DNA of 64,000 nucleotides from Eledone cirrhosa. Taxonomy: Eukaryota. The notes beneath the pieces were generated by a model that was given only the letters and a program-made list of their open reading frames with translations, had not been told where the DNA came from and searched no databases. Made by a program: the position numbers and the translations under genes. Location: positions 341,682,001 to 341,746,000 of the forward strand of contig OZ024742.1 in NCBI GenBank assembly GCA_964016885.1. The letters are read 5' to 3'. Below are positions 1-12,100 of the stretch, piece after piece; position 1 is the first letter of the stretch; each line of letters starts with the position of its first letter.

Positions 1-1630
1 TTACAATATTTAGTAAAACCCTGTTTCACTCTACACGGTACATCAGTGTTATATCGAGAGTGTTAGCTTCATTAGAATATTTAGTAAAATCCTGTTTCAC
101 TCTACACGGTACATCAGTGTTCTATCGAGAGTGTTAGCTTCATTACAATATTTAGTAAAACCCTGTTTCACTCTACACGGTACATTAGTGCTCTATCGAG
201 AGTGTTAGCTTTATAACAATATTTATTAAAACCCTGTTTTACTCTACACGGTACATCAGTGCTCTATCGAGAGTGTTAGCTTTATAACAGTATTTATTAA
301 AACCCTGTTTCATTCTACACGGTACATCAGTGTTCTATCGAGAGTGTTAGCTTCATTACAGTATTTAGTAAAACCCTGTTTCACTCTACACGGTACATCA
401 GTGTTCTATCGAGAGTGTAGCTTCATTACAATATTTATTAAAACCCTGTTTCACTCTACACGGTACATCAGTGTTCTATCGAGAGTGTTAGCTTCATTAC
501 CATATTTATTAAAACCCTGTTTCACTCTACACGGTACACCAGTCTTCTATGGAGAGTGTTAACTTCATTACAATATTTATTAAAACCCTGTTTCACTCAA
601 CACGGTACATCAGTGTTCTATCGAGAGTGTTAGCTTCATTACAATATTTATTTAAACCCTGTTTCACTCTACACGGTACATCAGTGCCCTATCGAGAGTG
701 TTAACTTCATTACAATTTTTAGTAAAACCCTGTTTCACTCTACACGGTACATCAGTGCTCTATCAAGTGTGTTAGCTTCATTACAATATTTATTAAAACC
801 CTGTTTCACTCTACACGGTACATCAGTGTTCTATCGAGAGTGTTAGCTTCATTACAATATTTATTAAAACCCTGTTTCACTCTACACGGTACATCAGTGT
901 TCTATCGAGAGTGTAGCTTCATTACAATATTTATTAAAACCCTGTTTCACTATACACGGTACATCAGTACTCTATCGAGAGTGTTAGATTCATTACAATA
1001 TTTATTAAAACCCTGTTTCAGTCTACACGGTACATCAGTGTTCTATCGAGAGTGTTAGCTTTATAACAATATTTAGTAAAACCCTGTTTCACTCTACACG
1101 GTACATCAGTGTTCTATCGAGAGTGTAGCTTCATTACAATATTTATTATAACCCTGTTTCACTATACACGGTACATCAGTACTCTATCGAGAGTGTTAGC
1201 TTCATTACAATATTTAGTAAAACCCTGTTTCACTCTACACGGTACATCAGTGCTCTATCGAGAGTGGTAGCTTTATAACAATATTTATTAAAACCCTGTT
1301 TCACTCTACACGGTAGATCAGTGTTCTATCGAGAGGGTTAGCTTCATTACAATATTTAGTAAAACCATGTTTCACTCTACACGGTACACCAGTGTTCTAT
1401 CGAGAGTGTTAGCTTCATTATAATATTTAGTAAAACCCTGTTTCACTCTACACGGTACATCAGTGTTCTATCGAGAGTGTTAGCATCATTACAATATTTA
1501 GTAAAACCCTGTTTCAATCTACACGGTACACCAGCCTTCTGTGGGGAGTGTTAACTTCATTACAATATTTATTAAAACGCTGTTTCACTCTACACGGTAC
1601 ATCAGTGTTCTATCGAGAGTGTTAGCTTCA

Positions 1631-1689
1631 TTACAATATTTAGTAAAACCCTGTTTCACTCTACACGGTACATCGAGAGTGTAGCTTCA
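1631..1689. repeat. 59-bp deletion-variant monomer (first of at least 9 copies)
   Basis: Reads ggtacatc|gagagtgtagc: 11-bp deletion of agtgttctatc plus the 1-bp T deletion. Also at about 15591, 27851, 31953, 35204, 36682, 38798, 44813 and 46434. Confidence 0.93.
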
Positions 1690-3108
1690 TTACAATATTT
1701 ATTAAAACCCTGTTTCACTCTACACGGTACACCAATCTTCTATGGAGAGTGTTAACTTCATTACAATATTTATTAAAACCCTGGTTCACTCTACACGGTA
1801 CATCAGTGTTCTATCGAGAGCGTTAGCTTCATTACAATATTTATTAAAACCCTGTTTCACTCTACACGGTACATCAGTGTTCTATTGAGAGTGTTAGCTT
1901 CATTACAATATTTAGTAAAAGCTTGTTTCACTCTACACGATACACCAATCTTCTATGGAGAGTGTTAACTTCATTACAATATTTATTAAAACCCTGGTTC
2001 ACTCTACACGGTACATCAGTGTTCTATCGAGAGTGTTAGCTTCATTACCATATTTAGTAAAACCCTGTTTCACTCTACACGGTACATCAGTGTTCTATCG
2101 AGAGTGTTAGCTTTATAACAATATTTAGTAAAACCCTGTTTCACTCTACACGGTACATCAGTGCTCTATCGAGTGTGTTAGCTTCATTACAATATTTATT
2201 AAAACCCTGTTTCACTCTACACGGTACATCAGTGTTCTATCGAGAGTGTAGCTTCATTACAATATTTATTAAAACCCTGTTTCACTCTACACGGTACATC
2301 AGTGCTCTATCGAGAGTGTTAGCTTCATTACAATATTTAGTAAAACCCTGTTTCACTCTACACGGTACATCAGTGCTCTATCGAGAGTGTTAGCTTCATT
2401 ACAATATTTATTAAAACCCTGTTTCACTCTACACGGTACATCAGTGCTCTATCGAAAGTGGTAGCTTTATAACAATATTTATTAAAACCATGTTTCGCTC
2501 TACACGGTACACCAGTGTTCTATCGAGAGTGTTAGCTTCATTACAATATTTAGTAAAACCCTGTTTCACTCTACACGGTACATCAGTGTTCTATCGAGAG
2601 TGTTAGCTTCATTACAATATTTAGTAAAACCCTGTTTCACTCTACACGGTACACCAGTCTTCTATGGGGAGTGTTAACTTCATTACAATATTTATTAAAA
2701 CCCTGTTTCACTCTACACGGTACATCAGTGTTCTATCGAGAGTGTTAGCTTCATTACAATAATTAGTAAAACCCTGTTTCACTATACACGGTACACCAGT
2801 CTTCTATGGAGAGTGTTAACTTCATTACAATATTTATTAAAACCCTGTTTTACTGTACACGGTACACCAGTGTTCTATCGAGAGTGTTAGCTTCATTACA
2901 ATATTTATTAAAACCCTGTTTCACTCTACACGGTACACCAGTGTTCTATCGAGAGTGTTAGCTTCATTACAATATTTAGTAAAACCCTGTTTCACTCTAC
3001 TCGGTACATTAGTGTTCTATCGAGAGTGTTAGCTTCATTACAATATTTAGTAAAACCCTGTTTCACTCTACACGGTACATCAGTGTTCTATCGAGAGTGT
3101 TAGCTTCA

Positions 3109-6100
3109 TTACAATATTTAGTAAAACCCTGTTTCACTCTACACGGTACATTAGTGCTCTATCGAGAGTGTTAGCTTTACAACAATATTTATTAAAACCC
3201 TGTTTCACTCTACACGGTACACCAGTGCCCTATCGGGAGTGTTAGCTTCATTACAATATTTAGTAAAACCCTGTTTCACTCTACACGGTACATCAGTGTT
3301 CTATCGAGAGTGTTAGCTTCATTACAATATTTAGTAAAACCCTGTTTCACTCTACACGGTACATCAGTGTTCTATCGAGAGTGTTAGCTTCATTACAATA
3401 TTTAGTAAAATCCTGTTTCACTCTACACGGTACATCAGTGTTCTATCGAGAGTGTTAGCTTCATTACAATATTTAGTAAAACCCTGTTTCACTCTACACG
3501 GTACATTAGTGCTCTATCGAGAGTGTTAGCTTTATAACAATATTTATTAAAACCCTGTTTTACTCTACACGGTACATCAGTGCTCTATCGAGAGTGTTAG
3601 CTTTATAACAGTATTTATTAAAACCCTGTTTCATTCTACACGGTACATCAGTGTTCTATCGAGAGTGTTAGCTTCATTACAGTATTTAGTAAAACCCTGT
3701 TTCACTCTACACGGTACATCAGTGTTCTATCGAGAGTGTAGCTTCATTACAATATTTATTAAAACCCTGTTTCACTCTACACGGTACATCAGTGTTCTAT
3801 CGAGAGTGTTAGCTTCATTACAATATTTATTAAAACCCTGTTTCACTCTACACGGTACACCAGACTTCTATGGAGAGTGTTAACTTCATTACAATATTTA
3901 TTAAAACCCTGTTTCACTCTACACGGTACATCAGTGTTCTATCGAGAGTGTTAGCTTCATTACAATATTTATTTAAACCCTGTTTCACTCTACACGGTAC
4001 ATCAGTGCCCTATCGAGAGTGTTAACTTCATTACAATTTTTAGTAAAACCCTGTTTCACTCTACACGGTACATCAGTGCTCTATCGAGAGCGTTAGCTTC
4101 TTTACAATATTTATTAAAACCCTGTTTCACTCTACACGGTACATCAGTGTTCTATCGAGAGTTTTAGCTTCATTACAATATTTAGTAAAACCCTGTTTCA
4201 CTCTACACGGTACATCAGTGTTCTATCGAGAGTGTAGCTTCATTACAATATTCATTAAAACCCTGTTTCACTCTACACGGTACATCAGTGCTCTATCGTG
4301 AGTTTTAGCTTCATTACAATATTTAGTAAAACCCTGTTTCACTCTACACGGTACATCAGTGCTCTATCGAGAGTGTTAGCTTCATTACAATATTTATTAA
4401 AACCCTGTTTCACTCTACACGGTACACCAGTGTTCTATCAAGAGTGTTAGCTTCATTACAATATTTAGTAAAACCCTGTTTCACTCTACACGGTACATCA
4501 GTGTTCTATCGAGAGCGTTAGCTTCATTACAATATTTAGTAAAACCCTGTTTCACTCTACACGTTACACCAGTCTTATATGGAGAGTGTTAACTTCATTA
4601 CAATATTTATTAAAACCCTGTTTCACTCTACACGGTATATCAGTGTTCTATCGAGAGTGTTAGCTTCATTACAATATTTAGTAAAACCCTGTTTCACTCT
4701 ACACGGTACACCAGTCTTCTATGGAGAGTGTTAACATCATTACAATATTTATTAAAACCCTGTTTCACTCTACACGGTACATCAGTGTTCTATCGAGAGT
4801 GTTAGCTTCATTACAATATTTAGTAAAACCCTGTTTCACTCTACACGGTACATCAGTGTTCTATCGAGAGTGTTAGCTTCATTACAATATTTATTTAAAC
4901 CCTGTTTCACTCTACACGGTACATCAGTTCTCTATCGAGAGCGTTAGCTTCTTTACAATATTTATTAAAACCCTGTTTCACTCTACACGGTACATCAGTG
5001 TTCTATCGAGAGTTTTAGCTTCATTACAATATTTAGTAAAACCCTGTTTCACTCTACACGGTACATCAGTGTTCTATCGAGAGTGTAGCTTCATTACAAT
5101 ATTCATTAAAACCCTGTTTCACTCTACACGGTACATCAGTGCTCTATCGTGAGTTTTAGCTTCATTACAATATTTAGTAAAACCCTGTTTCACTCTACAC
5201 GGTACATCAGTGCTCTATCGAGGGTGTTAGCTTCATTACAATATTTATTAAAACCCTGTTTCACTCTACACGGTACACCAGTGTTCTATCAAGAGTGTTA
5301 GCTTCATTACAATATTTAGTAAAACCCTGTTTCACTCTACACGGTACATCAGTGTTCTATCGAGAGTGTTAGCTTCATTACAATATTTAGTAAAACCCTG
5401 TTTCACTCTACACGTTACACCAGTCTTATATGGAGAGTGTTAACTTCATTACAATATTTATTAAAACCCTGTTTCACTCTATACGGTATATCAGTGTTCT
5501 ATCGAGAGTGTTAGCTTCATTACAATATGTAGTAAAACCCTGTTTCACTCTACACGGTACACCAGTCTTCTATGGAGAGTGTTAACTTCATTACAATATT
5601 TATTAAAACCCTGTTTCACTCTACACGGTACATCAGTGTTCTATCGAGAGTGTTAGCTTCATTACAATATTTATTAAAACCCTGTTTCACTCTACACGGT
5701 ACATCAGTGCTCTATCGAGAGTGTTAGCTTCATTACAATATTTAGTAAAACCCTGTTTCACTCTACACGGTACATCAGTGCTCTATCGAGAGTGTTAGCT
5801 TCATTACAATATTTATTATAACACTGTTTCACTCTACACGGTACATCAATGCTCTATCGAGAGTGGTAGCTTTATAACAATATTTATTAAAAACCTGTTT
5901 CACTCTACACGGTAGATCAGTGTTCTATCGAGAGTGTTAGCTTCATTACAATATTTAGTAAAACCATGTTTCACTCTACACGGTACACCAGTGTTCTATC
6001 GAGAGTGTTAGCTTCATTACAATATTTAGTAAAACCCTGTTTCACTCTACACGGTACACCAGTCTTCTATGGGGAGTGTTAACTTCATTACAATATTTAT

Positions 6101-9100
6101 TAAAACCCTGTTTCACTCTACACGGTACATCAGTGTTCTATCGAGAGTGTTAGCTTCATTACAATATTTAGTAAAACCCTGTTTCATTATACATGGTACA
6201 CCAGTCTTCTATGGAGAGTGTTAACTTCATTACAATATTTATTAAAACCCTGTTTCACTCTACACGGTACACCAGTGTTCTATCGAGAGTGTTAGCTTCA
6301 TTACAATATTTATTAAAACCCTGTTTCACTCTACACGGTACACCAGTGCCCTATCGGGAGTGTTAGCTTCATTACAATATTTAGTAAAACCCTGTTTCAC
6401 TCTACACGGTACATCAGTGTTCTATCGAGAGTGTTATCTTCATTACAATAATTAGTAAAACCCTGTTTCACTCTACACGGTACATCAGTGTTCTATTGAG
6501 AGTGTTAGCTTCATTACAATATTTAGTAAAACCTTGTTTCACTCTACACGATACACCAATCTTCTATGGAGAGTGTTAACTTCATTACAATATTTATTAA
6601 AACCCTGGTTCACTCTACACGGTACATCAGTGTTCTATCGAGAGTGTTAGCTTCATTACCATATTTAGTAAAACCCTGTTTCACTCTACACGGTACATCA
6701 GTGTTCTATCGAGAGTGTTAGCTTTATAACAATATTTAGTAAAACCCTGTTTCACTCTACACGGTACATCAGTGCTCTATCGAGTGTGTTAGCTTCATTA
6801 CAATATTTATTAAAACCCTGTTTCACTCTACACGGTACATCAGTGTTCTATCGAGAGTGTAGCTTCATTACAATATTTATTAAAACCCTGTTTCACTCTA
6901 CACGGTACATCAGTGCTCTATCGAGAGTGTTAGCTTCATTACAATATTTAGTAAAACCCTGTTTCACTCTACACGGTACATCAGTGCTCTATCGAGAGTG
7001 TTAGCTTCATTACAATATTTATTAAAACCCTGTTTCACTCTACACGGTACATCAGTGCTCTATCGAGAGTGGTAGCTTTATAACAATATTCATTAAAACC
7101 CTGTTTCACTCTACACGGTAGATCAGTGTTCTATCGAGAGTGTTAGCTTCATTACAATATTTAGTAAAACCCTGTTTCACTCTACACGGTACATCAGTGT
7201 TCTATCGAGAGTGTTAGCTTCATTACAATATTTAGTAAAACCCTGTTTCACTCTACACGGTACACCAGTCTTCTATGGGGAGTGTTAACTTCATTACAAT
7301 ATTTATTAAAACCCTGTTTCACTCTACACGGTACATCAGTGTTCTATCGAGAGTGTTAGCTTCATTACAATAATTAGTAAAACCCTGTTTCACTATACAC
7401 GGTACACCAGTCTTCTATGGAGAGTGTTAACTTCATTACAATATTTATTAAAACCCTGTTTTACTGTACACGGTACACCAGTGTTCTATCGAGAGTGTTA
7501 GCTTCATTACAATATTTATTAAAACCCTGTTTCACTCTACACGGTACACCAGTGTTCTATCGAGAGTGTTAGCTTCATTACAATATTTAGTAAAACCCTG
7601 TTTCACTCTACTCGGTACATTAGTGTTCTATCGAGAGTGTTAGCTTCATTACAATATTTAGTAAAACCCTGTTTCACTCTACACGGTACATCAGTGTTCT
7701 ATCGAGAGTGTTAGCTTCATTACAATATTTAGTAAAACCCTGTTTCACTCTACACGGTACATTAGTGCTCTATCGAGAGTGTTAGCATTACAACAATATT
7801 TATTAAAACCCTGTTTCACTCTACACGGTATACCAGTGCCCTATCGGGAGTGTTAGCTTCATTACAATATTTAGTAAAACCCTGTTTCACTCTACACGGT
7901 ACATCAGTGTTCTATCGAGAGTGTTAGCTTCATTACAATATTTAGTAAAACCCTGTTTCACTCTACACGGTACATTAGTGCTCTATCGAGAGTGTTAGCT
8001 TTATAACAATATTTATTAAAACCCTGTTTTACTCTACACGGTACATCAGTGCTCTATCGAGAGTGTTAGCTTTATAACAGTATTTATTAAAACCCTGTTT
8101 CATTCTACACGGTACATCAGTGTTCTATCGAGAGTGTTAGCTTCATTACAGTATTTAGTAAAACCCTGTTTCACTCTACACGGTACATCAGTGTTCTATC
8201 GAAAGTGTAGCTTCATTACAATATTTATTAAAACCCTGTTTCACTCTACACGGTACATCAGTGTTCTATCGAGAGTGTTAGCTTCATTACAATATTTATT
8301 AAAACCCTGTTTCACTCTACACGGTACATCAGTGTTCTATCGAGAGTGTTAGCTTCATTACAATATTTATTTAAACCCTGTTTCACTCTACACGGTACAT
8401 CAGTGCCCTATCGAGAGTGTTAACTTCATTACAATTTTTAGTAAAACCCTGTTTCACTCTACACGGTACATCAGTGCTCTATCAAGTGTGTTAGCTTCAT
8501 TACAATATTTATTAAAACCCTGTTTCACTCTACACGGTACATCAGTGTTCTATCGAGAGTGTTAGCTTCATTACAATATTTATTAAAACCCTGTTTCACT
8601 CTACACGGTACATCAGTGTTCTATCGAGAGTGTAGCTTCATTACAATATTTATTAAAACCCTGTTTCACTATACACGGTACATCAGTACTCTATCGAGAG
8701 TGTTAGCTTCATTACAATATTTATTAAAACCCTGTTTCAGTCTACACGGTACATCAGTGTTCTATCGAGAGTGTTAGCTTTATAACAATATTTAGTAAAA
8801 CCCTGTTTCACTCTACACGGTACATCAGTGTTCTATCGAGAGTGTAGCTTCATTACAATATTTATTATAACCCTGTTTCACTATACACGGTACATCAGTA
8901 CTCTATCGAGAGTGTTAGCTTCATTACAATATTTAGTAAAACCCTGTTTCACTCTACACGGTACATCAGTGCTCTATCGAGAGTGGTAGCTTTATAACAA
9001 TATTTATTAAAACCCTGTTTCACTCTACACGGTAGATCAGTGTTCTATCGAGAGTGTTAGCTTCATTACAATATTTAGTAAAACCATGTTTCACTCTACA

Positions 9101-12100
9101 CGGTGCACCAGTGTTCTATCGAGAGTGTTAGCTTCATTATAATATTTAGTAAAACCCTGTTTCACTCTACACGGTACATCAGTGTTCTATCGAGAGTGTT
9201 AGCTTCATTACAATATTTAGTAAAACCCTGTTTCACTCTACACGGTACATTAGTGCTCTATCGAGAGTGTTAGCTTTACAACAATATTTATTAAAACCCT
9301 GTTTCACTCTACACGGTACACCAGTGCCCTATCGGGAGTGTTAGCTTCATTACAATATTTAGTAAAACCCTGTTTCACTCTACACGGTACATCAGTGTTC
9401 TATCGAGAGTGTTAGCTTCATTACAATATTTAGTAAAACCCTGTTTCACTCTACACGGTACATCAGTGTTCTATCGAGAGTGTTAGTTTCATTACAATAT
9501 TTAGTAAAATCCTGTTTCACTCTACACGGTACATCAGTGTTCTATCGAGAGTGTTAGCTTCATTACAATATTTAGTAAAACCCTGTTTCACTCTACACGG
9601 TACATTAGTGCTCTATCGAGAGTGTTAGCTTTATAACAATATTTATTAAAACCCTGTTTTACTCTACACGGTACATCAGTGCTCTATCGAGAGTGTTAGC
9701 TTTATAACAGTATTTATTAAAACCCTGTTTCATTCTACACGGTACATCAGTGTTCTATCGAGAGTGTTAGCTTCATTACAGTATTTAGTAAAACCCTGTT
9801 TCACTCTACACGGTACATCAGTGTTCTATCGAGAGTGTAGCTTCATTACAATATTTATTAAAACCCTGTTTCACTCTACACGGTACATCAGTGTTCTATC
9901 GAGAGTGTTAGCTTCATTACAATATTTATTAAAACCCTGTTTCACTCTACACGGTACACCAGACTTCTATGGAGAGTGTTAACTTCATTACAATATTTAT
10001 TAAAACCCTGTTTCACTCTACACGGTACATCAGTGTTCTATCGAGAGTGTTAGCTTCATTACAATATTTATTTAAACCCTGTTTCACTCTACACGGTACA
10101 TCAGTGCCCTATCGAGAGTGTTAACTTCATTACAATTTTTAGTAAAACCCTGTTTCACTCTACACGGTACATCAGTGCTCTATCGAGAGCGTTAGCTTCT
10201 TTACAATATTTATTAAAACCCTGTTTCACTCTACACGGTACATCAGTGTTCTATCGAGAGTTTTAGCTTCATTACAATATTTAGTAAAACCCTGTTTCAC
10301 TCTACACGGTACATCAGTGTTCTATCGAGAGTGTAGCTTCATTACAATATTCATTAAAACCCTGTTTCACTCTACACGGTACATCAGTGCTCTATCGTGA
10401 GTTTTAGCTTCATTACAATATTTAGTAAAACCCTGTTTCACTCTACACGGTACATCAGTGCTCTATCGAGAGTGTTAGCTTCATTACAATATTTATTAAA
10501 ACCCTGTTTCACTCTACACGGTACACCAGTGTTCTATCAAGAGTGTTAGCTTCATTACAATATTTAGTAAAACCCTGTTTCACTCTACACGGTACATCAG
10601 TGTTCTATCGAGAGCGTTAGCTTCATTACAATATTTAGTAAAACCCTGTTTCACTCTACACGTTACACCAGTCTTATATGGAGAGTGTTAACTTCATTAC
10701 AATATTTATTAAAACCCTGTTTCACTCTACACGGTATATCAGTGTTCTATCGAGAGTGTTAGCTTCATTACAATATTTAGTAAAACCCTGTTTCACTCTA
10801 CACGGTACACCAGTCTTCTATGGAGAGTGTTAACATCATTACAATATTTATTAAAACCCTGTTTCACTCTACACGGTACATCAGTGTTCTATCGAGAGTG
10901 TTAGCTTCATTACAATATTTAGTAAAACCCTGTTTCACTCTACACGGTACATCAGTGTTCTATCGAGAGTGTTAGCTTCATTACAATATTTATTTAAACC
11001 CTGTTTCACTCTACACGGTACATCAGTGCCCTATCGAGAGTGTTAACTTCATTACAATTTTTAGTAAAACCCTGTTTCACTCTACACGGTACATCAGTGC
11101 TCTATCGAGAGCGTTAGCTTCTTTACAATATTTATTAAAACCCTGTTTCACTCTACACGGTACATCAGTGTTCTATCGAGAGTTTTAGCTTCATTACAAT
11201 ATTTAGTAAAACCCTGTTTCACTCTACACGGTACATCAGTGTTCTATCGAGAGTGTAGCTTCATTACAATATTCATTAAAACCCTGTTTCACTCTACACG
11301 GTACATCAGTGCTCTATCGTGAGTTTTAGCTTCATTACAATATTTAGTAAAACCCTGTTTCACTCTACACGGTACATCAGTGCTCTATCGAGGGTGTTAG
11401 CTTCATTACAATATTTATTAAAACCCTGTTTCACTCTACAAGGTACACCAGTGTTCTATCAAGTGTGTTAGCTTCATTACAATATTTAGTAAAACCCTGT
11501 TTCACTCTACACGGTACATCAGTGTTCTATCGAGAGTGTTAGCTTCATTACAATATTTAGTAAAACCCTGTTTCACTCTACACGTTACACCAGTCTTATA
11601 TGGAGAGTGTTAACTTCATTACAATATTTATTAAAACCCTGTTTCACTCTATACGGTATATCAGTGTTCTATCGAGAGTGTTAGCTTCATTACAATATTT
11701 AGTAAAACCCTGTTTCACTCTACACGGTACACCAGTCTTCTATGGAGAGTGTTAACTTCATTACAATATTTATTAAAACCCTGTTTCACTCTACACGGTA
11801 CATCAGTGTTCTATCGAGAGTGTTAGCTTCATTACAATATTTATTAAAACCCTGTTTCACTCTACACGGTACATCAGTGCTCTATCGAGAGTGTTAGCTT
11901 CATTACAATATTTAGTAAAACCCTGTTTCACTCTACACGGTACATCAGTGCTCTATCGAGAGTGTTAGCTTCATTACAATATTTATTATAACACTGTTTC
12001 ACTCTACACGGTACATCAGTGCTCTATCGAGAGTGGTAGCTTTATAACAATATTTATTAAAAACCTGTTTCACTCTACACGGTAGATCAGTGTTCTATCG

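Noticed and set aside
1-71. Tandem tRNA or tRNA-derived SINE (tRNA-sized unit containing TAGC and GTTC)
   Set aside because: GTTCTATCG and TAGCTTCATT match the B-box and A-box consensus poorly, and I could not build a cloverleaf with acceptor and anticodon stems. tRNAscan-SE or Infernal would settle it.
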